Shown here in pieces: positions 1 through 9,046 of a stretch of 60,019 bases of DNA. The translations under genes and the position numbers were made by a program. Every line of letters starts with the position of its first letter. The stretch's first letter is position 1. Source of the stretch: a virus. Its lineage: Duplodnaviria > Caudoviricetes. Below the pieces are notes generated by a model. That model had not been told where the DNA came from and did no database searches. It worked only from the letters and a program-made list of their open reading frames with translations. The stretch is from IMG/VR virus record IMGVR_UViG_3300015171_000004, positions 1 through 60,019 of that record, one strand, 5' to 3'.

Positions 1-72
1 GCCCGCGCCAACTCCTTCCATTCCTCTCGTGTGAGGGTAACGCTACCATCTTTGTTAGGTGTGATCTTTTTC

Positions 73-267
73 TTATCCATTGTAAAACATCTCCATTAGC
101 GCCTGACTGTACGCTTCAACTAATTGGCCGCGCTGGGGGTCACTATCCCCCAACTCATGCATCCATGCGTGAAACTCTAGCTCCATCCATAATCTATCGC
201 TGTTTGCATCGTCCTGCATACAATGACGTATGTACGCAAGGTTGTTTAGGTATTCCTCTCTTCTCAT
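73..267 (-). CDS. Small early protein, local paralogue family (LWxELxF)
   Basis: ORF 73..324; ATG at 267 follows GGGGG RBS; similar to 278..520 and 709..903. Confidence 0.7.
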   Translation of the reverse strand: MRREEYLNNLAYIRHCMQDDANSDRLWMELEFHAWMHELGDSDPQRGQLVEAYSQALMEMFYNG

Positions 268-277
268 TGCTATCCCC

Positions 278-520
278 CTATCCGTTCTCGTGTATCTGCA
301 TAAGGAAGTCGCTGTAGCAATCAATCAGCTTATCGTACATACCCGGCATGACGTTGGTATCCTGTTCAGGTAGCTGTAGCGAGAACCCTCTCATCATGTA
401 CAGCCAGTCTATCTCTGACCACATCAGCGACGTGTCAACGTGTTTAATGTCATGCGTGAACGTGTGTATCTCGAATACTCCTCGCGCCGGGTCATACCTG
501 CATGTCATTTGATTATCCAT
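278..520 (-). CDS. Small early protein, local paralogue family
   Basis: ORF overlapping the upstream gene's stop; MWSEIDW...LIDCYSDFLMQ. Confidence 0.7.
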   Translation of the reverse strand: MDNQMTCRYDPARGVFEIHTFTHDIKHVDTSLMWSEIDWLYMMRGFSLQLPEQDTNVMPGMYDKLIDCYSDFLMQIHENG

Positions 521-716
521 TGTATTCCTGTCCTTTCAATTTGTAGTACATTTCCCAGTGGTATTCGCATAACGTCATAGAAGTACAAAGACTACAGTAG
601 GTTCTAGACTCCATCTCGTCTGCGCTAAGCGGCGTACCGTCCATCATAAGATCCTGTTCGGGGTGCTCCTGCTTCACTACTTCGTCCTGGCGTCCTAATT
701 TGAATGGGTTACGCAT
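513..716 (-). CDS. Hypothetical protein with CxxC...CxxH putative Zn motif
   Basis: YCSLCTSMTLCEYH; coupled to neighbours. Confidence 0.65.
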   Translation of the reverse strand: MRNPFKLGRQDEVVKQEHPEQDLMMDGTPLSADEMESRTYCSLCTSMTLCEYHWEMYYKLKGQEYNG

Positions 717-903
717 TGTTTGCCCCCTCCATTAGTTTATCACATACTTCGTCAACCAGCGCATCCTTGAATACGTCTTCGTCCTGATATGTCAGGAAGT
801 CCAATTCCTCCCACAACTCTATTGTCCTTGCGTTGTGCAGGCTAGAGACTCTATACAAGCGCCCCAACCAAAGTGACTCGGATCTAAATTCTGTGCTGTT
901 CAT
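709..903 (-). CDS. Small early protein, local paralogue family
   Basis: LWEELDF...LVDEVCDKLME. Confidence 0.7.
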   Translation of the reverse strand: MNSTEFRSESLWLGRLYRVSSLHNARTIELWEELDFLTYQDEDVFKDALVDEVCDKLMEGANNA

Positions 904-1106
904 TATTTGCTCTCCCTCATGTCCTCTAGCGACGCCATTATTTCGCGGGTTCTTGCTTCATACATGGCTGCGCGGATCACTAACACGTTATTGCTATAGG
1001 CCGGTACGTACGCAGGCTTGGTGGCTTTAGCGCCCTCAATCATCAACATTGCCATAGCGGCCAGGGACTGTAGCAGGAACACCGCGCACATAATTGTCAG
1101 GTTCAT
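903..1106 (-). CDS. Hypothetical protein with hydrophobic N-terminus
   Basis: First gene after promoter at 1161-1189; GGAGAGG RBS. Confidence 0.7.
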   Translation of the reverse strand: MNLTIMCAVFLLQSLAAMAMLMIEGAKATKPAYVPAYSNNVLVIRAAMYEARTREIMASLEDMRESK

Positions 1107-1160
1107 TGGTTTTATCCTCTCCTCTTTCCTTCGTTCGTTTATTCGTCATTCATTGGTGTA

Positions 1161-1204
1161 AGTATACATTGGCGTCCATGTCCTGTCAATGAGGCAAAAG
1201 TACT
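1161..1204 (-). promoter_or_regulatory. Early promoter cassette 1 (box adjacent to TTGACA-N17-TATACT)
   Basis: -35 1184-1189, -10 1161-1166, AGTACT 1199-1204. Confidence 0.85.
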
Positions 1205-1307
1205 ATACCTCGGTGTGATGTAGGCGCATCCATAGTTTCTTCAGTGTGCTGAATGCCTGCGGGCCTAAAGCGGCAATGATAACTAGGTCAACGACTGTCT
1301 GTAGCAT
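1203..1307 (-). CDS. 34-aa hypothetical peptide (not in ORF track)
   Basis: Manual translation MLQTVVDLVIIAALGPQAF...; start overlaps upstream stop; TAG lies in the AGTACT box. Confidence 0.55.
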   Translation of the reverse strand: MLQTVVDLVIIAALGPQAFSTLKKLWMRLHHTEV

Positions 1308-1522
1308 TACAGCACCCCCAGCACTGTCGTTATCGCGTCGTAACGCTGGTTGAGGTTCATCCCGGTATCCATAGCGGTCTGGTACCGTGCAATAATCTCC
1401 TCTATCTCTAGTCTCTTCTCGGCGTCCTGGGTAACGGCCAGACGGTCGTTGAAGTACAGGATGTAGTATGCTGTTGGATTGTATCCGGCTGTTAGGTCTT
1501 TGGCGAAATTGTTAGTGAACAT
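1307..1522 (-). CDS. Hypothetical protein
   Basis: ORF with AAGGA RBS. Confidence 0.7.
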   Translation of the reverse strand: MFTNNFAKDLTAGYNPTAYYILYFNDRLAVTQDAEKRLEIEEIIARYQTAMDTGMNLNQRYDAITTVLGVL

Positions 1523-1599
1523 TGTTCTTTCCTTTTCTTTCTAGTAAACTTGTTTTTATGTTTCGTCCTTGTATATGTTAATCGGCTGGCATCCATGCC

Positions 1600-1643
1600 A
1601 CTTAATGAGACGATAGTACTAATTTGACGACCTAAGGGTACTA
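1600..1643 (-). promoter_or_regulatory. Early cassette 2 (boxes intact, -35/-10 degenerate)
   Basis: AGTACTATCGTCTCA at 1606-1620; second box 1637-1642. Confidence 0.6.
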
Positions 1644-1730
1644 TTCTGTACGGGATGTTTGGTCACTGCCGAGGAACATCTCAGCAAACAGGTAGGCAGC
1701 GGCTCGTGCGATAATCAGTAGGTTTTTCAT
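1641..1730 (-). CDS. 29-aa hypothetical peptide (not in ORF track)
   Basis: MKNLLIIARAAAYLFAEMF...; AAGGA RBS; TAG in the box. Confidence 0.5.
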   Translation of the reverse strand: MKNLLIIARAAAYLFAEMFLGSDQTSRTE

Positions 1731-1835
1731 GGTGTTATTCCTTTTCTGTTGGGTACTCTAGATTGTTGATAACGTTGTAAATGGCAAGCGTTGCATACTT
1801 CAGCAACCCGATTAGCAGGGCGCGGCTTATTGTCA

Positions 1836-2060
1836 TTAGTCTAGTCCTATCTCATCAATCATGAAGTCGATAGCCTTTAGGGCTTTGGCCTGGTACAGAG
1901 CATCTTGCAAACCCTCTTCGTGGCGGATGCTATCAACGGCCCTCTCGAACTCAAAGCGGCTAATTTCGTCGTTTATCATCCGCATGATGAGACCGTCAAC
2001 GCGCTCCGTATCAACCACCCCATCTGCTTTGGTAACGATGAATGTGTTGTAGTCGAACAT
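1836..2060 (-). CDS. Hypothetical protein
   Basis: ORF with AAGGG RBS. Confidence 0.7.
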   Translation of the reverse strand: MFDYNTFIVTKADGVVDTERVDGLIMRMINDEISRFEFERAVDSIRHEEGLQDALYQAKALKAIDFMIDEIGLD

Positions 2061-2081
2061 TGTGTTATCCCTTTCTGGTGT

Positions 2082-2291
2082 CTATTTGTTGTAGTACATT
2101 TCGTTGTTTCGTCCCTGGCTGATGATTGTGGTGGTTGTGGTGTCCATCTCGATATCTTCGCCCATAAGAAGGGCCTTGATAACCTGCACCATTTGCTGGC
2201 GCTTCTCGGCGCTCTTTTCCTTAACCAGTTTGTTCAGGAGGAACTCGGCGTACTCTTCTCGACATGCGATGTTTTTGTATGGATCGAACAT
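2082..2291 (-). CDS. Hypothetical protein
   Basis: ORF 2082..2339; RBS-supported ATG at 2291. Confidence 0.65.
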   Translation of the reverse strand: MFDPYKNIACREEYAEFLLNKLVKEKSAEKRQQMVQVIKALLMGEDIEMDTTTTTIISQGRNNEMYYNK

Positions 2292-2350
2292 TGTTTTGTC
2301 CCTTTCTTTTTCTTTCTTTGTTTCCGTGAGGCGCTTCACCTCACTTTCAT

Positions 2351-2427
2351 AGTATACGACATAATCAGGGGAAATATAAGGGCAAACAATGAGGTATAAG
2401 TACTATCATCGCTTACCCATTAGTACT
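2351..2427 (-). promoter_or_regulatory. Early promoter cassette 3 (10-bp offset class)
   Basis: -10 TATACT 2351-2356, -35 TTATAT 2374-2379, boxes 2399 and 2422. Confidence 0.8.
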
Positions 2428-2430
2428 ATA

Positions 2431-3111
2431 CTATCTCCAACTATAGTAGTAGTAGATGCTTAGTGGCATGTACTGCCAAGCCCCACCGATGGGCGCGATA
2501 CCAACCGTTACAGGGATAACCTGGGGATGCTTCACGCCGTCAACACCCATCTGGTACGCCTGTGTCTGGACTATGAGGCGCCCGCCCGCAGGTAGCGTGC
2601 ATGTCGATCCTGTGCCGTTTACTGCGAGGGTGATGGTGGTGCATCCCCCGATAGAGATGTACTTTTGCATAGCAGGGTCTTGCGTTACGATGGAGTACTG
2701 ATAAGACGCTGGTACGGACCCATCAGCGTATGCAAGGTCATAGGCGTGTTGATCGTCCTGCTGGCCGATATAGTACGTTCCCAGGTTGCTGACATCCATG
2801 AGTCCATTAGGTAAGGTTGTGTACGTTGCGCTCCCACTAGAGAGGATTGCAGAGAAGTACAAGTGTGAAGTCTGCTGGGCCTGCTGCTGTACCGCTGCCC
2901 GTCTGACAACGGTTGTCTTGGTCGCAGTCTTTTTACCTATCGTTGCTGCGTGTGTTGGCGTTGCGTACATCAGTGGGGAAAACATAATCCCCATAACGAT
3001 AGACGCCCCAACGAAACAAACTGCTAGTGTGATGATAATTTGGGGGATGGATTTTCTTGTGATATTCACGCTAATTCTTCTTTCTTTTTGTGTAGTCTGG
3101 TAAGAGTCCAC
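2431..3111 (-). CDS. Secreted or membrane-anchored protein
   Basis: Hydrophobic N-terminal segment, THAA signal-like cleavage motif, beta-rich body. Confidence 0.75.
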   Translation of the reverse strand: MDSYQTTQKERRISVNITRKSIPQIIITLAVCFVGASIVMGIMFSPLMYATPTHAATIGKKTATKTTVVRRAAVQQQAQQTSHLYFSAILSSGSATYTTLPNGLMDVSNLGTYYIGQQDDQHAYDLAYADGSVPASYQYSIVTQDPAMQKYISIGGCTTITLAVNGTGSTCTLPAGGRLIVQTQAYQMGVDGVKHPQVIPVTVGIAPIGGAWQYMPLSIYYYYSWR

Positions 3112-3270
3112 AAAGCGCGTCTCTTAACTCATTGTCTTGTTGGATAATTCTCTTGGTACGCACTACGATAATTGTAAGAGGCGTACAGGATATTGTTAGC
3201 AACATTGCTATGATCACTGCTACGAACATGGTAAGGCCCTCTCTTGCTTGTGTGGGCGTCGCTAGTACAA

Positions 3271-3450
3271 CTACTTAACGGCGTCTTTGATGTCTTGTAG
3301 CTTTGTTGCGTTGAACGATAGGTATACGAGGATTAAAATCAGGTACGACTCGGTGCTAAGGTGCGCTAGGTAGGATAACACAAACCAGAACACGAAGTAC
3401 ACGATAACCATTGCTATTATCTGACCCAAGCCTCTAAGAAAGGTTTCCAT
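3271..3450 (-). CDS. Small two-TM membrane protein
   Basis: METFLRGLGQIIAMVIVYFVFWFVLSYL... Confidence 0.65.
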   Translation of the reverse strand: METFLRGLGQIIAMVIVYFVFWFVLSYLAHLSTESYLILILVYLSFNATKLQDIKDAVK

Positions 3451-3729
3451 AATCTTCCATCTCCCTCTTTGTTTCCTGATAGTCTTGTTGCATAAGCTTA
3501 CGACGGGATGAGACGAACTTTGCGCCCCTAGCATCCTCAACCCTTCCCATAATCAATAGGAAGATGATAAAGGGTGCTGACATGATTGTGGCAAACAATA
3601 GACCTACCATTCATTTCCGTCTTTCTTTCTAGACAACGCCCACATGAATAACAAAGCTACTCCGGTCAAGAATATTCCAATCAGGAGGGCAATTAATTCT
3701 ATCATTGCTGTATCTAGTGTTGCTGGCAT

Positions 3730-3993
3730 TTAGAGACCTTCCTTTTCTTCCTTAGTATACTTGGCTAGCAGGTTGTTGGTCACTTTGAAGTTCTTGCACC
3801 CCTCGTTACGGCGTGCCGTGTAGATGTTATCCGTATCACCGACTGGCGTGGTTACGTCAACGTAAATCCCGGTTACGTATTCGTTGGCACCTGATTTATA
3901 TGCCTTGACGCAATCCTTGATAGCAGATATGGAGCCAAATGTGGTTACGCGATTGTTATGGATGCTGCTTGTGATGAATAGTGTATAGGTCAT
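3730..3993 (-). CDS. Hypothetical protein
   Basis: AAGGAG RBS before ATG 3993. Confidence 0.75.
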   Translation of the reverse strand: MTYTLFITSSIHNNRVTTFGSISAIKDCVKAYKSGANEYVTGIYVDVTTPVGDTDNIYTARRNEGCKNFKVTNNLLAKYTKEEKEGL

Positions 3994-4041
3994 TTTGTTT
4001 TCTCCTTCGGGACTCTCGTTTACGTTCGCTTCATTGATGTA

Positions 4042-4118
4042 AGAATACACTGCCGGTCACTACTTTGCAAGGCTTTTATATGAGGTAAAAGTACTGCTTC
4101 CTTGCAAACATTAGTACT
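4042..4118 (-). promoter_or_regulatory. Early promoter cassette 4 (10-bp offset class)
   Basis: TTGCAA 4065-4070, N17, TATTCT 4042-4047; boxes 4090 and 4113. Confidence 0.85.
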
Positions 4119-4347
4119 ATCTCTCGAACCAGTTGGCGGCCATCTGTCTACGTTCCCGGCGCTGGCGGTTAGTCTCGGCGTTGAACCTCTCAATCATGTT
4201 GTCAATCGTCACATGTACGAACACGTCAACGGTGTGGTGTGCTGGTATCTCAAGTTTCAGCATGGACTCTTCGTAGTAGGCGACTGTACAGCCGTTGCTG
4301 TTGGCGAGTGTTGTGATATTGGCTAGTGCTGTTCGTTGGTTCATCAT
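4117..4347 (-). CDS. Hypothetical protein
   Basis: AAGGA RBS; TAG embedded in box. Confidence 0.7.
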   Translation of the reverse strand: MMNQRTALANITTLANSNGCTVAYYEESMLKLEIPAHHTVDVFVHVTIDNMIERFNAETNRQRRERRQMAANWFER

Positions 4348-4400
4348 TGTGTTTTTCCTTTTCTTTATCCGTGTGTTTTTGTTTCGCGTTCCATGTATTT

Positions 4401-4477
4401 ATAATACGGCATTCCTGATATAAAAACAAGGCTTCTCTATAAGACATAGGTCCTATTTGAAAAGCCCCATTAGTACT
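4401..4477 (-). promoter_or_regulatory. Early promoter cassette 5 (10-bp offset class)
   Basis: TTGTTT 4424-4429, N17, TATTAT 4401-4406; boxes 4449 (degenerate) and 4472. Confidence 0.75.
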
Positions 4478-4478
4478 A

Positions 4479-4628
4479 CTACATTCTCTCGATCTCGTGC
4501 ATCGAATAGAACACTATGTACGCAACAAAGGATACAAGCCAGGGTATCCACATTCCCCGTAGGATGAACAAGCACCCCAGGATGATTAGCGCCCATCTGA
4601 GAATGTTGTATTGTGTCTCTTTATCCAT
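4479..4628 (-). CDS. 49-aa membrane peptide (not in ORF track)
   Basis: MDKETQYNILRWALIILGCLFILRGMWIPWLVSFVAYIVF...; overlaps the end of the FtsK-like gene. Confidence 0.6.
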   Translation of the reverse strand: MDKETQYNILRWALIILGCLFILRGMWIPWLVSFVAYIVFYSMHEIERM

Positions 4629-6222
4629 CTGCGTTAGCCTCATCTTCCTTTATCTTTGTGTACAATTGATAGCCCCTGTGTTGGGTCATGTTTGGGTGAC
4701 TCTTTAGTAGCGCTGCGTACAGCTTTCTCACGCTCTTGTTTCCCTCGGACCACGCAATCACTGCGTCCGCTATCTCATTGGCCTCTGACAAGTCCCTGGT
4801 GAAGTCCTCTGACATCTCCGGCTCCTGTGTGTTTGCCGGAACTGCTGTTTTCTGATGTTCGATACCTCGTTTCATCGGGATAGGCGGCATAATGTCCATA
4901 TCGTCGTACTCTTCTGGTGATGGGAGGTACAGGTCAAGCGCCTCGGTGGGAAGGGCATACTTCGCAAGGTCTCCGTTGAACATTGCGTACATCGCGTCGT
5001 TACCAAACATCGGTACACGTGTCTTGACGGCAGGCTCTCCGTTGGCCCTCATGTACAGCACGCCGCGCCCAAGACCCTGCTTGTCGATATCCTTAATGCT
5101 ATCAAGGTTCAGCAATGCCCGCGCCGTAACAGCATCTCCGCCAGTGTAGTAGCATAGTTGGAAACATGCGCTTGCGCCCGTCGATAGACCCAACGTCTTG
5201 ACTAGTGCATCCTGCATAGCGCACAGGATGGTTATCTTGTACTGCCGGGATAGCCTAAGCAATCTTGCCAGCGGCTCTATAATGTCCTTGTTTTCCGCAA
5301 TCGTGATAGCCATCTCTTCAAACACGATACAGATGTGGGGACCAATGTCCTCACCATTCCGCTCTCGTGCCATGCGCGCTGCCAACTCATCGAACGCTGC
5401 CCACTTCAGAAAGTCACAGATGGCTGTAGCAGTCGTGAGAGGCGGAATAGCTAGCCTATCCTCGATCGGGCCGTAGTCCAACACACTGCCGTCTCGCTGC
5501 TGTTTGTTGCGTGCGTACGTGATATCACAGTGGTACACGGTCAACCCCGCATAGATCAATTGACTCTCGATCATACGCATGAGGATCGTTTTTCCCCCGC
5601 CGCTATACCCTGCTAGAGCAAGGTGTGTCATTCCACTACAATCGGTGTACACAGGCCCGTCAATCGTACGACCCAGGAATATCTGGTTATAGCGTGGTTT
5701 CCAGTTATTTGACATCTCTTGAATGAAGTCATATACCCCTGGCAGCACACGCGGTACGTACGGTGTACCGATACTTAACGGCTGCGCCTGTTTGGTTGGC
5801 AGGTACTGTACGCTTCCCTGTACGGTGTTTTGTGGCAGCATAACAGCCGCCTCCTGTGTTGCGTCGGTTGGAGGCGCTAGTTGGTCCCCCGGTAGGATGA
5901 ACAATTTTCCCTTGACGTACACGCCTTGTGCGCGGTTGCCTATGCTATCGGGCCTGACTACCGACATCTCGCGGTACGTCTTTAGCAGATTGAGACCGCC
6001 AACGATACCTACGTACGATAGCGCACCAACCATGATTATTGCTGCTAGGTACGGGCCTGCCGATGGGAAGTACAGCGCGCCCACAATCACTACGATAGAC
6101 ACCACGACTATCTTGACTATTAGCTGGTATAGTTTAGCCGTCTCGACATGACCGGCCCTTTCCGCAGCCCAGCGGTCCCTGCCGCGCATGCTATTTTCTC
6201 CACTTCTTTGTTTTGACATCAC
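4621..6222 (-). CDS. Membrane-anchored FtsK/HerA-superfamily ATPase
   Basis: Two N-terminal TM helices, Walker A HLALAGYSGGGKT, Walker B IVFEE, LRLSRQYKITILCAMQ motif, possible C-terminal HTH. Confidence 0.85.
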   Translation of the reverse strand: MMSKQRSGENSMRGRDRWAAERAGHVETAKLYQLIVKIVVVSIVVIVGALYFPSAGPYLAAIIMVGALSYVGIVGGLNLLKTYREMSVVRPDSIGNRAQGVYVKGKLFILPGDQLAPPTDATQEAAVMLPQNTVQGSVQYLPTKQAQPLSIGTPYVPRVLPGVYDFIQEMSNNWKPRYNQIFLGRTIDGPVYTDCSGMTHLALAGYSGGGKTILMRMIESQLIYAGLTVYHCDITYARNKQQRDGSVLDYGPIEDRLAIPPLTTATAICDFLKWAAFDELAARMARERNGEDIGPHICIVFEEMAITIAENKDIIEPLARLLRLSRQYKITILCAMQDALVKTLGLSTGASACFQLCYYTGGDAVTARALLNLDSIKDIDKQGLGRGVLYMRANGEPAVKTRVPMFGNDAMYAMFNGDLAKYALPTEALDLYLPSPEEYDDMDIMPPIPMKRGIEHQKTAVPANTQEPEMSEDFTRDLSEANEIADAVIAWSEGNKSVRKLYAALLKSHPNMTQHRGYQLYTKIKEDEANADG

Positions 6223-6467
6223 ATCATCTCCTTTATGGTTGGCTGTCCGTTGCCGTCAAGCAGGTGCACCCAGTATCTCCGGCAGCCGAAACGTATGTAT
6301 CCGCGCTGCTTAGAGATTGCGTACCGAAGTTGGCGGCTCATGTAACTAACTTCGCTTGCGTTTACTAGCGGCCCTAGTTGGAACGTCCTTGCGTGCTTTT
6401 TCGTCTTGACGTGTAGGGCGTAAACTATTTGTGGGATACTGATATCTTTGTCCTGTTTTTCTTTCAT
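6219..6467 (-). CDS. Hypothetical protein
   Basis: ORF coupled to the ATPase gene. Confidence 0.6.
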   Translation of the reverse strand: MKEKQDKDISIPQIVYALHVKTKKHARTFQLGPLVNASEVSYMSRQLRYAISKQRGYIRFGCRRYWVHLLDGNGQPTIKEMM

Positions 6468-6654
6468 CTCTTCTCTTTTCTGCTAACCAGCTATCTCCGA
6501 CCTTATCGAATAGGTACAACTTGCCAAAGTTCAGGAACGCCAGCCTCAATTCGTCTTCGTAGTGTATAATCCACACGCCTGGGCTATACCCGCCTACCAT
6601 AGCATAGGGGCATTCCTTGCCATCTACGTACAGGCTATACGCGACCATTTCCAT
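6346..6654 (-). CDS. Hypothetical protein
   Basis: ORF; long 3' overlap with 6219..6467. Confidence 0.5.
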   Translation of the reverse strand: MEMVAYSLYVDGKECPYAMVGGYSPGVWIIHYEDELRLAFLNFGKLYLFDKVGDSWLAEKRRDERKTGQRYQYPTNSLRPTRQDEKARKDVPTRAASKRKRS

Positions 6655-6880
6655 ACACCCTACATGTAGAAACTACATGCCCCTCAAAGTCAACGCAGTA
6701 CACGGTATCGGTATAGATTGTTTCGTAGTTTGTTGGAGCCAGCTTCACAACCTCTAGGGTCATGTGGCAGGCGTTCAGGCGCTTCTCATATCGCTGGGCA
6801 TCTCCATAGTATCCGTTGGTTAGTGCTGCTGCATAGCGCATGGTAAGTTGTCGTGCAAAGTTCTGATATCCTAGTTTCAT
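6635..6880 (-). CDS. Hypothetical protein
   Basis: AAGGAG RBS. Confidence 0.7.
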   Translation of the reverse strand: MKLGYQNFARQLTMRYAAALTNGYYGDAQRYEKRLNACHMTLEVVKLAPTNYETIYTDTVYCVDFEGHVVSTCRVYGNGRV

Positions 6881-6904
6881 GATGTTCTCCTTTTGGTGTT
6901 TGGC

Positions 6905-7282
6905 TTAAGGTAGTGTGTACACGCTCTCAATATACCAGTAGTGGGCATGAGGTGGATTGATTAGGTTCATCGCGTAGAAGTGACTGTCTCTCTTGTGATC
7001 CATCTTCCACACGATGTAGAACGCTGCCGAGGCGGGCGTATTCTGGACCTGCATGTATATCGTACAAGATGTAACGTGATCATAGGTACGAAACTTGTCA
7101 GGGTCAACGCTAGTCATAATGTACGATAATCTATCGTAGTGTCTATGGCTAGTGACGATATTGCAGTATGCCTGCGCTGTTTGGCGGGCATTCAATCCGC
7201 TCGCCCCTGCTTTTTCGGTCTGGACAAACAACCCTAACAGGGCCATAATCACGAGACAAGAGACAACGATTAGTTTCTTCAT
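6905..7282 (-). CDS. Secreted protein
   Basis: AAGGAG RBS; MKKLIVVSCLVIMALLGLF...AGA signal peptide. Confidence 0.75.
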   Translation of the reverse strand: MKKLIVVSCLVIMALLGLFVQTEKAGASGLNARQTAQAYCNIVTSHRHYDRLSYIMTSVDPDKFRTYDHVTSCTIYMQVQNTPASAAFYIVWKMDHKRDSHFYAMNLINPPHAHYWYIESVYTLP

Positions 7283-7311
7283 AGCTTTCTCCTTTGGAAT
7301 AGGCCGCCCCA

Positions 7312-7554
7312 CTAAAGGGACGGGCCTGCATATAAGCGTGTGATAGCGTGGGGTGATGTAGGTGAGATGTGTTCGTTGTAAGCATACACTCCAACAAGCG
7401 CATCCCCACACTTAGCGACGACTTCCTCGGTGTACTTGTCTTGGGTCTCGACGGTCGCCTCACCGACGAACTGGCGAACGAAGTTGTTTTTTAGGCGGGC
7501 ATAGATCTGGACTGTATCGTTTTTGTGGCTCGCGGCGTAGTTGTAAGTGTACAT
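7312..7554 (-). CDS. Hypothetical protein
   Basis: GGGAG RBS, first gene after cassette 6. Confidence 0.7.
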   Translation of the reverse strand: MYTYNYAASHKNDTVQIYARLKNNFVRQFVGEATVETQDKYTEEVVAKCGDALVGVYAYNEHISPTSPHAITRLYAGPSL

Positions 7555-7603
7555 TTGTTCTCTCCCTTAGTGGTCGTATCTCGTTTCGTCATTCATTGTT
7601 ATT

Positions 7604-7680
7604 AGTATACTTTGTACTAAGGAGACTTACAAGCTTTTTCTATGAGGCAATAGTACTAGTTTTCGAGAACCATTAGTACT
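7604..7680 (-). promoter_or_regulatory. Early promoter cassette 6 (10-bp offset class)
   Basis: TTGTAA 7627-7632, N17, TATACT 7604-7609; boxes 7652 and 7675. Confidence 0.85.
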
Positions 7681-7692
7681 GGTCGCTAGCCG

Positions 7693-7935
7693 CTAGTCGA
7701 GAGGGTTGCTATTCATGCCCTCAATCAGACCAACCATACAATGATAGTACGCCGGTTGGATAACATTCTTGATATACGCCTCTTGGTTGCTGCGTACCTC
7801 AAAAACATGGTCTCCGCATGTCTCTATCTGGGTGACAATCACCGCCCCCTGCTTTGTGCGATACATAAACGCTATCTTGTACCGCGCCTCATTTGGGCAG
7901 CTTAGGATATCGCTTCGTTTACAATAATGTGCCAT
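7693..7935 (-). CDS. Hypothetical Cys/His-containing protein
   Basis: CAGGAG RBS. Confidence 0.65.
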   Translation of the reverse strand: MAHYCKRSDILSCPNEARYKIAFMYRTKQGAVIVTQIETCGDHVFEVRSNQEAYIKNVIQPAYYHCMVGLIEGMNSNPLD

Positions 7936-8236
7936 AACTTTTATTTAACTCCTGTTTGAACCATCCCTGTATCTGCTTTAAGGTGACATCGATAAGACAA
8001 ACTTTCCCGGTACGGTTATTGACAACCGCGTGACAGTTATAGTGTTTGGAGCAATTGTGAATGTCATAGCCGTGTGAATAGGCGAAGTCTTTTAGTTCAA
8101 GAATTGTCTCGATATTCTGTAGCGTCATGGTTGTCTCCGTTCGTTTGTTTGTCGATTGGCAATCGATTATACTATATATCGTCGTCGATAGGTGGCTGAA
8201 TGAAGAAATATCCAGCCACAAACAGCATACATACAA
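7919..8236 (-). CDS. Hypothetical protein (likely start near 8128, MTLQNIE)
   Basis: GGAG RBS before the internal ATG. Confidence 0.6.
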   Translation of the reverse strand: MYVCCLWLDISSFSHLSTTIYSIIDCQSTNKRTETTMTLQNIETILELKDFAYSHGYDIHNCSKHYNCHAVVNNRTGKVCLIDVTLKQIQGWFKQELNKSYGTLL

Positions 8237-8459
8237 ACACTAAGAGGCATGCGATAAAGAGGTGTGGCATTAGTTGGGTACATATACGTCAAGGTTGTTG
8301 TAGTTTCTTACTTCGTCGTCAAGGGCGTTGTAGTCGCTGGGAAGGCCCGTCTCTTGCGCGGTTCTGACAAGCGCCTCAATCTCTGTGTTGCTGTCCTCAA
8401 TCGCTTCCATAAGGGTATCCCATAAGAGGGCCTCTATTCCTATCTCCATTGCCTTTATC

Positions 8460-8696
8460 CTATCTTTCTGAACATGCGCGATAATCGCACTGGTCGCTAT
8501 CTATATCGTAGTCGCTAACGCCGTCGAGAGAGGCGGGGACTTCATACACTTCAACCTTATTCCATCCCTCGCCCATAGAGTCAAGTTCGTGTCTGGCAAG
8601 ATCTTCGGCGCTATCGTCGAAAAACCCCATCGTTGTGTCGTACTTCTCTTCGGGGCTGTCATTGTAGAATGCTATCACCAAAAATCTTGCTTTCAT
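8460..8696 (-). CDS. Small acidic hypothetical protein
   Basis: First gene after cassette 7. Confidence 0.7.
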   Translation of the reverse strand: MKARFLVIAFYNDSPEEKYDTTMGFFDDSAEDLARHELDSMGEGWNKVEVYEVPASLDGVSDYDIDSDQCDYRACSER

Positions 8697-8743
8697 TTTC
8701 TTTTCCCTTCGTCGCTCTCGTTCGTTCGTCGTTCCATGTATGA

Positions 8744-8820
8744 ATAATACCCGATGTCAGTGGTAAATACAAGGCTTTTATATGAGACATAAGTACCATA
8801 CAAAAGCCCCCATTAGTACT
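8744..8820 (-). promoter_or_regulatory. Early promoter cassette 7 (10-bp offset class)
   Basis: TTGTAT 8767-8772, N17, TATTAT 8744-8749; boxes 8792 and 8815. Confidence 0.85.
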
Positions 8821-9046
8821 ACTGATTATCTACGTTACGTAGTCGTGTGAACCCTGACTTGCATACGTTCCATTCCCTTGTGCTGGTGTCGCGTACAAGC
8901 CAGTGAGAGGGTGTTTCCGATACTAACCTACCTTCTATCACGCATGCGTGTACGTTACCCTCAGCATCGATCATAGAGCCATTAGCGTACAGCGTGATAT
9001 AGGGCAGGTCGCTGATGTGGACGAAGGGGCGCTGCCTCGGTATCAT
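8819..9046 (-). CDS. Hypothetical protein
   Basis: Coupled ORF; TAG in box. Confidence 0.65.
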   Translation of the reverse strand: MIPRQRPFVHISDLPYITLYANGSMIDAEGNVHACVIEGRLVSETPSHWLVRDTSTREWNVCKSGFTRLRNVDNQ

